Below, one piece after another: positions 8,300 to 19,809 of a stretch of 64,000 nucleotides of DNA. The stretch comes from Candidatus Woesebacteria bacterium. GTDB taxonomy: Bacteria; Patescibacteriota; Microgenomatia; UBA8517. The position numbers and the translations under genes were made by a program. Below the pieces are notes generated by a model. That model made no database searches. It was not told the DNA's origin and saw only the letters and a program-made list of their open reading frames with translations. The stretch covers positions 465,833 through 529,832 of the forward strand of contig CP055308.1 of the NCBI GenBank assembly GCA_013374855.1, read 5' to 3'. Each line of letters starts with the position of its first letter. Positions within the stretch are counted from its first letter, which is position 1.

Positions 8300-11062
8300 A
8301 TGTTTAGATTTCTTTCCAAGCTTATAGACCTGAATGCTCGTGAAGTGGAACGGCTTTCTCATGTTGTAGAAAAAATTAATTCTTTTGATGCAAAGGTTAA
8401 AAAACTAAAAGACTCCGATTTTGCTAAAAAAACTGCTGAGTTTAAAGAAAGATTAAGAAAAGGCGAGTCTTTTGATTTGATATTACCAGAGGCTTTTGCT
8501 GTTGTCAGAGAGGCTTCATGGCGCGCAATAGGCCTGCGGCATTTTGATGTACAATTGATGGCAGCAGTTGCTCTTTTTGAAGGTAAGGTGGCAGAACAAA
8601 AGACAGGAGAAGGGAAAACGCTTTCTGCAGTTCCTGCTCTTTATCTTCGTTCCCTTTTGGGGCGTGGTGCGCACTTGGTAACAGTTAATGATTATTTGGC
8701 CAGACGTGATGCAGGGTGGAATGGCCCAACATTTAATCTTCTTGGTCTTTCGGTTGGTGTGATTGTTCAGGAGGGAAAGTCTTTTGTTTTTAATCCTTCT
8801 TATTCAGAAAAGACTCATGGGGATGAGCGGCTTGAACATCTAAAACCAGCTGGCCGCAGGGAGGCTTATGAATGCGATATAACCTATGGTACAAACAACG
8901 AGTTTGGTTTTGATTATCTTCGTGATAATATGGCTCAGTCCCTTTCTGAGATTGTTCAGTCCTGCCCTCTTGTCAAAGAAACCGGCGATAAAAAGCATTT
9001 GGGTGAGCATTATTTTGCAGTAGTTGATGAGGTGGATTCTGTTTTGATAGATGAGGCGCGAACCCCCCTTATTATTTCAGCACCAGACACCGAACCTACG
9101 CAGAAGTATTATCAATTTGCTCAAATTGTGGAGAAATTGAATCCAGATACCGATTACAAGATAGACGAAAAGCAAAAAACTGCAACACTTACAGAACATG
9201 GTATTGCTAGAGTGGAGAAAATTTTAGGGGTTCCCAATCTTTATGAGAAAGATTTTGATGCAATACATCACATTGAAAATGCACTCCGGGCAAAAACGCT
9301 TTTTTTGAAAGACCGCGACTACATAGTAAAAGACAATCAGGTAATTATCGTTGATGAATTTACAGGTAGGCTTATGTTTGGTAGGCGATGGAGTGATGGT
9401 CTTCACCAAGCGGTTGAAGCAAAAGAGGGGGTTCCTATACAACAGGAGTCAAAAACACTTGCCACTATTTCTTTTCAGAATTATTTTAGGATGTATGAAG
9501 TGTTATCAGGAATGACAGGAACTGCGGCAACAGAGGCTGAAGAGTTTAGAAAAATTTACAAACTGGATGTTGTGGTTGTTCCGACGCACAAACCGATGAT
9601 CAGAAAAGATTATCCAGACCTTATATACAAAACTCTCCGTGCAAAGTATGGTGCAATAGTTTCTGACATTGAGGAAAAGTATAAAAAGGGGCAACCTGTT
9701 TTGGTTGGTACAACTTCCATTGAAAAAAACGAGATTATAAGCGAGTACTTAAAGAGGAAGAAAATTCCTCATAATGTTTTGAACGCCAAGAACCATGAAA
9801 AAGAAGCTCAAATTATTGCAAATGCTGGAAAACTCAGGGCAGTAACTGTTGCAACAAATATGGCAGGGCGTGGGGTAGATATAGTTTTGGGTGGCGCTGC
9901 TCCTGAGCGACCAAAAGGGGAAGATGTTTCTTCTTGGGAAAAGTCGGTTGAGTTTAAAAAATGGAGGGAGGAACATGATAAGGTTGTTTCTTTGGGGGGT
10001 CTTTATGTAATAGGTACAGAGCGCCATGAGTCAAGGAGGATTGATAATCAACTTCGGGGAAGATCTGGAAGGCAGGGAGATCCCGGCTCTTCAAGATTTT
10101 ATCTTTCGCTTGAGGATGATTTAATGAGAATTTTTGGTGGAGAAAGTATTAAGTCTTTAATGGATAGACTTTCAATTCCCGAAGACCAGCCAATAGAAAA
10201 CAAACTTATCTCAAAGGCGATAGAACAAGCGCAAGTTAAGGTGGAAGGGTTTAATTTTGATATCAGAAAAAGCGTTGTTGAGTACGATGATGTTGCAAAT
10301 CAACAAAGAGAGGTTGTTTATAGACTGAGGCGTAAAGTTTTAGAAGCGGAGGACTTAAAAGAGGAAATAACTAAGAAACTTAAGAAGAAGATTGATAAAA
10401 TTGTCTCTTCATCTCTTGCGGTTGGTGAGATTAAAGAAAAGATTGATTATGATTTTATATTGGCTGGAATTTTGGAAGTTGTTCCTTTTGATGATATTTC
10501 GAAAGGACAGGTTAAGAAGCAACTTTTGGATTTAAAGACAAAGAGTGAAGTTTATGAATTTTTAGAAAAGCTTGTTTTGAGTGTTTATGAGTCAAGGGAG
10601 AAACAATATGGCAAGGAAATTTGTTTACAAATGGATAGATTTGCCTATCTTTCTTCAATTGATCATTTTTGGATAGAGCACATTGATTACCTTGATAGTC
10701 TCAGAGAGAATGTTCGGCTTCAGGCTTATGCTCAAAAGGATCCTTTGGTTGAGTTTAAGAATGAAGCTTATAATTCTTTTGAGACCTTGGTTGAGCGAAT
10801 TGATGATGAGGTGGTGCGGAGAGTTTTTAGAATTGGAGTTGCACAACAGCCTCAAGAAATTCCAGTGGAGAGAATGGAAACCAATGTTGACAGGGGTGAT
10901 ATGATGGGTTTGCTGGGGAATACTTCAGGTTTGGGATCTGTATCAGAAGCCTCTTTATCTTCAACTGGGCAGACAAAATCTAAAAAAGTTGGTCGCAACG
11001 ATCCTTGCCCATGTGGAAGCGGAAAAAAATACAAGAAGTGTTGTTATCCGAAGTATGGGTGA
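8300..11062 (+). CDS. secA: preprotein translocase ATPase SecA
   Basis: DEAD-like motor motifs (GEGKTL Walker A, VDEVDS), preprotein cross-linking, HWD and HSD domains, and the C-terminal zinc finger CPCGSGKKYKKCC. The track ORF starts at 8279; the ATG at 8300 (MFRFLSKLIDLNAREVERL) matches the SecA N-terminus better. Confidence 0.95.
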   Translation: MFRFLSKLIDLNAREVERLSHVVEKINSFDAKVKKLKDSDFAKKTAEFKERLRKGESFDLILPEAFAVVREASWRAIGLRHFDVQLMAAVALFEGKVAEQKTGEGKTLSAVPALYLRSLLGRGAHLVTVNDYLARRDAGWNGPTFNLLGLSVGVIVQEGKSFVFNPSYSEKTHGDERLEHLKPAGRREAYECDITYGTNNEFGFDYLRDNMAQSLSEIVQSCPLVKETGDKKHLGEHYFAVVDEVDSVLIDEARTPLIISAPDTEPTQKYYQFAQIVEKLNPDTDYKIDEKQKTATLTEHGIARVEKILGVPNLYEKDFDAIHHIENALRAKTLFLKDRDYIVKDNQVIIVDEFTGRLMFGRRWSDGLHQAVEAKEGVPIQQESKTLATISFQNYFRMYEVLSGMTGTAATEAEEFRKIYKLDVVVVPTHKPMIRKDYPDLIYKTLRAKYGAIVSDIEEKYKKGQPVLVGTTSIEKNEIISEYLKRKKIPHNVLNAKNHEKEAQIIANAGKLRAVTVATNMAGRGVDIVLGGAAPERPKGEDVSSWEKSVEFKKWREEHDKVVSLGGLYVIGTERHESRRIDNQLRGRSGRQGDPGSSRFYLSLEDDLMRIFGGESIKSLMDRLSIPEDQPIENKLISKAIEQAQVKVEGFNFDIRKSVVEYDDVANQQREVVYRLRRKVLEAEDLKEEITKKLKKKIDKIVSSSLAVGEIKEKIDYDFILAGILEVVPFDDISKGQVKKQLLDLKTKSEVYEFLEKLVLSVYESREKQYGKEICLQMDRFAYLSSIDHFWIEHIDYLDSLRENVRLQAYAQKDPLVEFKNEAYNSFETLVERIDDEVVRRVFRIGVAQQPQEIPVERMETNVDRGDMMGLLGNTSGLGSVSEASLSSTGQTKSKKVGRNDPCPCGSGKKYKKCCYPKYG

Positions 11063-11113
11063 AAAGGAATTTCAAAAGCTCCTTCAAGGGAGATTATTCT
11101 AAAAAAGCTGCTT

Positions 11114-11404
11114 TTAAATTTTAGTAATACCTGAGTTTTTCTCTATTTTCGTAGTTTTGGAAAAACGTTTTTCCAAAAAAGCAAGAAGTTTTCCTTTGTC
11201 CAGATCAAAGCGGTTTAGGTAGAAGACATAAAGGATCTCTAGAATACCTAATGTATTGAATATAAGCATTATTAAAAACCACAGAAGCTGCTTTTTTTGA
11301 CTTGATTTCCATAGTGCCAGTCCTTTCCAGATTATAGTCCAGAAAAAAAGAAAATAGATAAATAAAGGATTGTATAGTATTTGAGTGTAGTCAAAATTAT
11401 TCAC
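11114..11404 (-). CDS. small membrane protein (DUF5652-like), hypothetical
   Basis: 96 aa, two TM helices, W/F-rich. Confidence 0.4.
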   Translation of the reverse strand: MNNFDYTQILYNPLFIYFLFFWTIIWKGLALWKSSQKKQLLWFLIMLIFNTLGILEILYVFYLNRFDLDKGKLLAFLEKRFSKTTKIEKNSGITKI

Positions 11405-11483
11405 TGTTTTATTATTTAACAGTAAAGTTTTCTTGTCAAATCTGAAACTTTTTGACTCCTAATAGTTGATGTTTTACAATTTT

Positions 11484-11511
11484 TGTTTCGATGTATTAAT
11501 ACATCGAAACA
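11484..11511. repeat. perfect 28-bp palindrome TGTTTCGATGTATTAATACATCGAAACA (copy 1, CGATG subtype)
   Basis: Read directly from the sequence; exact reverse-complement symmetry. Lies in the divergent gap between 11404(-) and tgt, 56 bp upstream of the tgt ATG, and is preceded by TTTTT. Confidence 0.9.
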
Positions 11512-11560
11512 TTAGAATGGCATTATGGAGAATGCTTGAATTTGTTAGAATTAGAATTAG

Positions 11561-13305
<1,745 letters not shown>

Positions 13306-13388
13306 CTCTTAACGATTTCTTGTTTGATAACTTTCTTTGAAAAGTTACTTCTTTAATTATAGAATGGATTGGGAAAAATTGTAAACAG

Positions 13389-13859
13389 ATGAAAGTAAAA
13401 GTACTATTTTTTTCTTTATTTGGAGCTTTTTTAGCTGGTGCCATTGGTTCACTTTTTACTTTTCCTGCGATTCCTGTTTGGTATGAATCTTTAAAGAAAC
13501 CTTCTTTTTCCCCACCAAATTTTGTTTTTGGGCCTGTTTGGACAATGCTTTATATGCTTATGGGAATTTCTTTTTATCTTGTCCTTTCTAAAACAAAAGA
13601 TAAAAAGTTAAAGAAGGATTTGGTCTTAATATACACAATTCAGCTTATTTTAAATACTTTTTGGTCGATTGCTTTCTTTGGATTAAGAAGTCCTTTTCTT
13701 GGGGCTGTTGTTATAGTTTCTCTTTGGTTTGCGATAGTGGTGATGATTATTAAGTTTTTCAGAGTATTGCCTCTTGCTGGCGCTTTAAACCTTCCCTATC
13801 TTTTATGGGTTAGTTTTGCCGGGTATCTTAATTTTTGGGTTTATTATTTAAATTTGTAG
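13389..13859 (+). CDS. TspO/MBR family (tryptophan-rich sensory protein)
   Basis: Five TM helices and the W-rich TspO signature (PVWTMLYMLMGIS...NTFWSIAFFGL...LPYLLWVSFAGYLN). Confidence 0.8.
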   Translation: MKVKVLFFSLFGAFLAGAIGSLFTFPAIPVWYESLKKPSFSPPNFVFGPVWTMLYMLMGISFYLVLSKTKDKKLKKDLVLIYTIQLILNTFWSIAFFGLRSPFLGAVVIVSLWFAIVVMIIKFFRVLPLAGALNLPYLLWVSFAGYLNFWVYYLNL

Positions 13860-13860
13860 A

Positions 13861-14424
13861 TTGTTTCGTTTTTCTTTTTGTGGCAGTATAAGTGTTGTGG
13901 AAGAAAGCAAAGTGAGTATTAATTTTGGATTTATTATTTTTTTGTTTTTGTTGTTTGTTGGTTTTATTGTAGTGGTGTTTTCTTTTAGCAAAGAGGATAA
14001 ACTCAGAGCTACACCTACTCCAAATAACGAAATAAAAATTAATTTAGGTGGCGATAGTGAGACTTTGGAGAAAGAATCGCAAAGTAATGTTGCGTCTGAT
14101 CTCCAGATAGAAGATTTGGTGGTAGGTCAAGGAAAAGAAGCGCAAGTTGGAAATAAGGTGACTGTTAATTATAAAGGGATGTTGGCTGATGGTACGGAAT
14201 TTGATAGTTCTTACAAAAGAAGCAAACCTTTTTCTTTTGTTTTGGGCCAGAATCAAGTAATACAAGGATGGGAAAGGGGAATTTTGGGAATGAAAGAAGG
14301 GGGTAAAAGAAAGCTTATTATTCCACCATCACTAGGTTATGGCTCGCAACAAGTGGGTTTGATCCCTCCTAATTCCGTTCTTATTTTTGAGGTAGAACTT
14401 CTTGCTGTAGAACTTGCTGACTGA
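13861..14424 (+). CDS. FKBP-type peptidyl-prolyl cis-trans isomerase, membrane-anchored
   Basis: The C-terminal FKBP domain VTVNYKGMLADGTEFDSSYKRSKPFSFVLGQNQVIQGWERGILGMKEGGKRKLIIPPSLGYG is preceded by a TM helix. The track start is a TTG at 13861; a GTG at 13912 is an alternative. Confidence 0.85.
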   Translation: MFRFSFCGSISVVEESKVSINFGFIIFLFLLFVGFIVVVFSFSKEDKLRATPTPNNEIKINLGGDSETLEKESQSNVASDLQIEDLVVGQGKEAQVGNKVTVNYKGMLADGTEFDSSYKRSKPFSFVLGQNQVIQGWERGILGMKEGGKRKLIIPPSLGYGSQQVGLIPPNSVLIFEVELLAVELAD

Positions 14425-14481
14425 GAATTTTTATCTTTGTCAAGTTAGAGTTTTTGTTATTTTATTGATATTATTTAGTTA

Positions 14482-16923
14482 ATGGGCTATTTTTTTTGGT
14501 ATTACCAAGAGGGTGTTTTTCTTCTTATAAAGAAGTGGATTTTGTTCCTTAAGTCAGTTATTTATTATTTTTCACCTCTTCATCTTTTAAAGAGTCTGTT
14601 TGCCCCCTGGAAAAGAATGGTCATAACCTATGAGGAAGCGGGTTTTAATCTCCAAAAATATATTGAGGTGATAACTTTTAATTTTATATCTCGTTTTATT
14701 GGAGCATTTGTTAGATTTTTCCTTCTTATAACAGGTCTTCTGGTTTTTGTTATCTGTTTTGTGATGGGTGCGTTGCTTATTCCTTTTTATTTATTGCCTT
14801 TTTGGGGAATTCCCGATTATCAAAGATATCATTTGCGACCTGAAGTTTATTTGTCAAAATTTTTTAGAGACAAAAACGAGGAGAATTTTCGTAATTTTTT
14901 TGCAAGGGATGCTGGCAAATTTTTTTTGGATCATATTGGAATTTCACTTGACGATTTTCTGTCCGTGACAAATGTAAATCCTTCTTTATTTGCAGAAATG
15001 CCTGTTGATTCTTTTGAAAAGCTTGTTTCCTACCTTGTCTCAAATAAAGTTTGGAATGATGATTTTTTTATAAAATTAGGGATTTCTCCTGAAGATTTTG
15101 TTAAGGTGGCTGCTTGGTGGGATAATCTGGCAAAGCAGAAGTCTGGTGTAATGGAGAAGCCTTCCTATCCTTCTGGTCTTGCACTTGAGCTTTTGACAGG
15201 TTATACGCCAGAGCTTAATAAATATTCGACAGATCTAACTGCCCCCCTTGATTTTTCGGAAAGATTGATTGGCAGATCCTCTGTTGTTGAGAGAATGGAG
15301 AGATCTCTTAGTGCAGGAAGAAGTATTTTTCTTTCTGGTCCTTCGGGGATTGGCAAAAAAACGATCGTTCTTGAGTTTGCGAGGAAATCTTCCCGCGGCG
15401 AGTTAGGGAGACCGATGGCTTATAAGAGAATTCTAGAGTTTGATTATAATCTCTTGCTAGCAGAATCAATTGATCTTAATGCTAAAAAAGCGAAGCTGGA
15501 TCAGATTTTTCAAGAAGCATCTTATGCGGGGAATGTTATTTTGGTAATAAGGGATATTCATAGGATTACAAACCTTTCTTTTGAGGGATACGATTTTACT
15601 GATGTTTTTGAGAGGTATCTTGAGAAAGGACGTCTTCTTATCATCTCTATCTTAACCACTAAGGATTATGAGAGATTTGTTTCTCAAAACTTAAAATTGA
15701 GGAGGTTTTTTGATTTGATAGAAGCAGAACAACCTACAAAAGAAGAGGCTTTTGAAATAATTATAAATCTTGCTGCGAAATACGAGAAGGAAAAAGGAGT
15801 TGTAATTCCTATTTTTGTTTTAAGAAAGATTCTTGAAGAGTCCGATCGCTACGTTACGGAGACTCCGTTTCCTGAAAAAGTTCTGGAACTTCTTGAGGCT
15901 GTGGTTGTTTATTGCTTGCAGAAAAAGAATTTTGTTATAGGAATAGCGGATGTTGATGTGGTTTTGACAGAAAGAACGGGAATTCCATTTGAGGTTACCA
16001 GGTCGCAAAAAGATAAACTATCGAATTTGGAGGAGATAATTCACGAGCGCTTAGTTGATCAGGAACTTGCAGTTTCATTGATTGCTAAAACTTTAAGGTC
16101 TAAGACATTAAAAGTAGTTGATGATAGAAGGCCAATAGGGTCTTTTCTTTTTCTTGGACCAACTGGTGTTGGTAAAACTGAAGTGGCTAAAATTTTATCC
16201 AGAGTTTATTTTGGTTCAGAGAGTGAAATAATCAGGTTTGATATGGCAGAATTTGCGGGAAGAGAGGGCTTGGAAAGATTAATTGGCTCACTTTCATTAA
16301 ACCAGCCTGGACTTCTTGCTACCAGCATAAAGAAAAACCCTGCCTCTCTTTTGCTTCTTGATGAAATAGAAAAGTCGTCAAGAGAGATAATGAATGTTTT
16401 TCTTTCAGTTCTTGATGAAGGTTCATTTACAGATGTGTTTGGCAATAAAATTGTCTGTAGAAACCTTTTTATCATAGGAACTTCAAACGCGGGTGCTGAA
16501 TATATAAGACAATTGGTTTCTTCTGGTGTGCCAAAGGAAAAGATGCAAAAGCAGGTTGTAGATTATGTTTTAAAAGAGAACATTTTTTCTCCTGAATTTT
16601 TGAATAGATTTGATGGGGTAGTGGTTTTTAATCCACTTTCTCCTTCTGATTTGGAAAAAATTGCTTCCCTGATGCTTTCTGAGCTGGCTGATAACTTAAA
16701 AAATAAAGGTTTGGGGGTTGAAATTGCTCCTGAGGCAGTCAAGAAACTTGCCTTGGAAGGTTATCAACCTGAATTCGGCGCAAGACCTATGAAAAGAATA
16801 ATAAACTTGGTACTTGGAGATCTTTTTGGAAAAGCTTTACTTAATGGAGAGATAAAGTCTGGTGATAGGATAAGGCTTACCGCTAGAGAGGCTCATGAAG
16901 AGTTTGTTATAGAGAAGATATAA
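14482..16923 (+). CDS. Clp/Hsp100-family AAA+ ATPase (ClpA/ClpB-like, two AAA modules) with N-terminal membrane anchor
   Basis: First AAA module has LSGPSGIGKKT; second has FLFLGPTGVGKTEVAKIL, LLLLDEIEK and the sensor-2/C-terminal D2-small domain (ARPMKRII). About 130 N-terminal residues are hydrophobic with two or three TM helices. No ClpB-type long middle-domain coiled coil is evident. Confidence 0.75.
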   Translation: MGYFFWYYQEGVFLLIKKWILFLKSVIYYFSPLHLLKSLFAPWKRMVITYEEAGFNLQKYIEVITFNFISRFIGAFVRFFLLITGLLVFVICFVMGALLIPFYLLPFWGIPDYQRYHLRPEVYLSKFFRDKNEENFRNFFARDAGKFFLDHIGISLDDFLSVTNVNPSLFAEMPVDSFEKLVSYLVSNKVWNDDFFIKLGISPEDFVKVAAWWDNLAKQKSGVMEKPSYPSGLALELLTGYTPELNKYSTDLTAPLDFSERLIGRSSVVERMERSLSAGRSIFLSGPSGIGKKTIVLEFARKSSRGELGRPMAYKRILEFDYNLLLAESIDLNAKKAKLDQIFQEASYAGNVILVIRDIHRITNLSFEGYDFTDVFERYLEKGRLLIISILTTKDYERFVSQNLKLRRFFDLIEAEQPTKEEAFEIIINLAAKYEKEKGVVIPIFVLRKILEESDRYVTETPFPEKVLELLEAVVVYCLQKKNFVIGIADVDVVLTERTGIPFEVTRSQKDKLSNLEEIIHERLVDQELAVSLIAKTLRSKTLKVVDDRRPIGSFLFLGPTGVGKTEVAKILSRVYFGSESEIIRFDMAEFAGREGLERLIGSLSLNQPGLLATSIKKNPASLLLLDEIEKSSREIMNVFLSVLDEGSFTDVFGNKIVCRNLFIIGTSNAGAEYIRQLVSSGVPKEKMQKQVVDYVLKENIFSPEFLNRFDGVVVFNPLSPSDLEKIASLMLSELADNLKNKGLGVEIAPEAVKKLALEGYQPEFGARPMKRIINLVLGDLFGKALLNGEIKSGDRIRLTAREAHEEFVIEKI

Positions 16924-16929
16924 GTTTTC

Positions 16930-17640
16930 TTGACAAAGTGTATCTTTCTTTGTATATTTGCCATTACTATGGACAGCATCCCTTTAGAGGAACAACAGCA
17001 AGTTACTTCTCCTGTTTCTCCTGTTTCAACAAGACCTGATTATCCAAGGCAAAAAGGCAAAAAAACTATTGGTCTTGTGTTGTTTCTTATATCGCTGGTT
17101 ATAATTGGTGGAGCTGTCTTTTATTTTGTTTCCCTCCAGAAAGGAGCGGAGAAAAGTGAGGAGAAAAAAACTCCTGAACCTTTTGTGGTTCAGCAGGATG
17201 AAATTATACCAACTCCGACTGAAGAAGCAAAGAAAGAGGAAGAAGAAGTTGTGGATAAGAAGTCTATTTCTATTTTCGTACTGAATGGAACAGGTATTAC
17301 GGGTGAAGCAGCTTATTTGCAGGACAAACTTGAAAATTTAGGTTATACCAATGTAAAGGTAGGTAATGCCTCAAAACAGGATTATGAGGAAACTTTGGTT
17401 AAATTTTCTTCTACTCTTTCAAAGTCTTCGGTTGAGGAGATAACGAAAGAATTAAACAAAATTTACAAAAGTGTAAAAACACAAACTGGAGGTACAGGAT
17501 CTTTTGATGTAGAGATAACTACAGGATTAAGGTCAGGGCAAACACCTAAACCAACTGCATTACCAACAACCAGTCCAACTTCTACGCCAAAGGCAACTAC
17601 TACCCCTGTGCCAACTAAATCCCCTTCACCCACTCCCTAA
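16930..17640 (+). CDS. LytR_C (LytR/CpsA/Psr C-terminal) domain protein, membrane-anchored, with Pro/Thr-rich tail
   Basis: TM helix, acidic linker, then ISIFVLNGTGITGEAAYLQDKLENLGYTNVKVGNASKQDYEETLV, which matches the LytR_C fold signature. The C-terminus is PT-rich (PTALPTTSPTSTPKATTTPVPTKSPSPTP). Confidence 0.65.
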   Translation: MTKCIFLCIFAITMDSIPLEEQQQVTSPVSPVSTRPDYPRQKGKKTIGLVLFLISLVIIGGAVFYFVSLQKGAEKSEEKKTPEPFVVQQDEIIPTPTEEAKKEEEEVVDKKSISIFVLNGTGITGEAAYLQDKLENLGYTNVKVGNASKQDYEETLVKFSSTLSKSSVEEITKELNKIYKSVKTQTGGTGSFDVEITTGLRSGQTPKPTALPTTSPTSTPKATTTPVPTKSPSPTP

Positions 17641-17666
17641 ACTTGTTTTTATGCTAATATTTTAGT

Positions 17667-18137
17667 ATGGACTTGGATAGGTTAAGGTCTTTTCTCCAAA
17701 CACAGTCATTGCATTATAAAGTAGGAAAGTTTGAGATCTCACCTTCTTATTCTCAGGCGGCAATTGTTCTCGTGCTTACTTTTTTATTTTTGCTTTCCTT
17801 AGCACGAGTTCGAAGGATGTTTATTCATTGGAGCCTTGGCAGACATTCTATTGCAATTTTTGTGTGGGGTTTTATAGTAGCTCTTATTGTAGAAGGATTC
17901 TTTATTTTAGCAGGCAGAACTATGTTTACCGAAGTTCTAGGATTGAAAAATGTTCCCAAACCAATATCCTCTTTTATTGAATTGGGAAGAAATAGAGTAT
18001 ATCAGGTGCTTGGGGAAAGTGTTGAGATAAAAGAATCTTCAGCTGTAGGAGGGCAGAATGCTGAATCTTTAATAAAAACATTTTTCCTTCTTGATAAGAA
18101 TGAACAGAAAGAAGTGAAAGACAGAATTTGCAGGTAA
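17667..18137 (+). CDS. membrane protein, hypothetical
   Basis: 156 aa with three TM helices; overlaps the prfB start. Confidence 0.4.
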   Translation: MDLDRLRSFLQTQSLHYKVGKFEISPSYSQAAIVLVLTFLFLLSLARVRRMFIHWSLGRHSIAIFVWGFIVALIVEGFFILAGRTMFTEVLGLKNVPKPISSFIELGRNRVYQVLGESVEIKESSAVGGQNAESLIKTFFLLDKNEQKEVKDRICR

Positions 18138-19228
18138 TTTTAAATAAGATGCCGGAGATAAAGTCAAGACTTGAAGAAATAAACTCTCTACTTTCTCAGA
18201 TTAAGAGAAACCTTAATATTGAGGAGAAAAAAGTAAGAATTAGGCAACTGCATGCGGAATCAATTTCTCCTGAATTTTGGAGTGATCAGGAAAAAGCTAA
18301 GTCCGTAATGCAGGAAATAGGCAATCTGACTGATCTTGTTGAAAAGATAGAAAAACTTGAAGGGGAAACAAAGACTTTGCTTGAGTTTGTTCGCGAAAGC
18401 AAAGATGATGATGAATTTGAGGCTGATGTTGCTGCCCTTGAGAAGAAAGTGAAAGAGCTTAAAATTGCTTCTTTTTTAAGTGGTCCCTACGATGCGGGCA
18501 ATGCAATTGTTAGTATCCATGCGGGACAAGGTGGAACGGAAGCTATGGATTGGGCAAGTATGCTTTATCGTATGTATCTTCGCTACGCGGAAAGAAAGGG
18601 TTTTTCAGTTGAGACTCTTGATATAACAGAAGGAGAAGGGGCAGGGATTAAAAGTGTAACTTTTAAGGTTTTAGGACCATTTGCTTTTGGATATTTGAGA
18701 GGTGAAAGTGGCACACATCGATTGGTTCGACAGTCTCCTTTTAATGCAGATAACCTTCGCCAGACTTCCTTTGCTTTGGTTGGGGTTTTACCGGAGATTA
18801 AAGATGTGGACAGCTCTGATATTGTTGTAAAAGATGAAGATTTAGAGTGGCAATTCTTTCGTTCTTCAAGTCAAGGTGGGCAGAATGTTCAAAAGGTTTC
18901 AACTGCTGTAAGGCTTCGTCATGTTCCAACAGGGATTGTGGTAACCTGTCAGACGGAGCGGTTCCAAGAGCAGAATAGAAAAATTGCTTTAGAGCTTTTG
19001 CGTGCTAAGCTTTGGGCGTTTGAGGAGGAAAAGAAAAATCAGAAAGTTCAGGAGATTCGCGGAGAGTATAGACCGGCTTCGTGGGGTAATCAAATAAGAA
19101 GTTATGTTCTTCATCCTTATAAAATGGTGAAGGATTTGAGAACTCAAGTTGAAGCCTCAGATCCGGATGCGGTATTAAATGGAGAAATTGATGAGTTTGT
19201 TGAGGCAGAGATTATAAACAGAAAGTGA
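18128..19228 (+). CDS. prfB: peptide chain release factor 2
   Basis: SPF tripeptide (RQSPFNADNLRQTSFA) and GGQ motif (SSSQGGQNVQKVSTAVRLRHVPTG). Reads as a single continuous ORF with no programmed +1 frameshift site. The true start is possibly the ATG at 18149 (MPEIKSRLEE). Confidence 0.9.
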   Translation: MQVILNKMPEIKSRLEEINSLLSQIKRNLNIEEKKVRIRQLHAESISPEFWSDQEKAKSVMQEIGNLTDLVEKIEKLEGETKTLLEFVRESKDDDEFEADVAALEKKVKELKIASFLSGPYDAGNAIVSIHAGQGGTEAMDWASMLYRMYLRYAERKGFSVETLDITEGEGAGIKSVTFKVLGPFAFGYLRGESGTHRLVRQSPFNADNLRQTSFALVGVLPEIKDVDSSDIVVKDEDLEWQFFRSSSQGGQNVQKVSTAVRLRHVPTGIVVTCQTERFQEQNRKIALELLRAKLWAFEEEKKNQKVQEIRGEYRPASWGNQIRSYVLHPYKMVKDLRTQVEASDPDAVLNGEIDEFVEAEIINRK

Positions 19229-19274
19229 TTTTCTTATTGAAATTTATTTACTATTAGTTTAAAGTGTTTTTGCA

Positions 19275-19760
19275 ATGGAAGAAAACCAGACGCCACCAGT
19301 TCAGCAATCAACTTCTCCATCATCTATCTCAGGCCAAAATTTGGTTAAGAAAGTGAGCCTTGCTAAATTTTCCACCAATTTACCTATTGTAATAGGATCT
19401 GTATTGGTAGTGGTTGCAGGAGTAATCACTGGTTGGTTCTTATCAGGTGGAATAAAAGGCAAAAAGCAAGGGGAAGCAAAGGTTCCTGTTTCTGTTCAGA
19501 CAGAAAAAGAGGCAGGTATTAAGGATGAGTCTGCTTTTCGCGATTCAGCAGAAGGTACTTTGAGACAGGGTGGAATAAATGGAGAGGGGACGCATCATCT
19601 AGAAAGAGAAGGCGGTCCATCACAAAATGTTTATTTAACCTCTTCAGTTATTGATTTGAGCGCTTTTGAAGGGAAAAGGGTCAAAGTTTGGGGGGAAACA
19701 ATTTCTGCGGCTAAGGCTGGCTGGTTTATGGATGTTGGGAGAATAAAAGTTGTGGAGTAA
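19275..19760 (+). CDS. membrane-anchored hypothetical protein
   Basis: 161 aa; N-terminal S/Q-rich stretch, one TM helix, C-terminal extracytoplasmic domain. Confidence 0.45.
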   Translation: MEENQTPPVQQSTSPSSISGQNLVKKVSLAKFSTNLPIVIGSVLVVVAGVITGWFLSGGIKGKKQGEAKVPVSVQTEKEAGIKDESAFRDSAEGTLRQGGINGEGTHHLEREGGPSQNVYLTSSVIDLSAFEGKRVKVWGETISAAKAGWFMDVGRIKVVE

Positions 19761-19809
19761 AAAAGTTTCTTCTTGTCAGACTTCTTTAAATTTAGTATCT
19801 TAAAAGATA

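Noticed and set aside
9224-10027. Several 60-90-aa minus-strand ORFs inside secA
   Set aside because: Antisense to a highly conserved gene. Their translations are Phe/Ile/Asn-rich, typical of an AT-rich antisense frame.
11062-11113. Short hairpins after the secA stop as a terminator
   Set aside because: The stems are only 4-5 bp and AT-rich, which is too weak to call.
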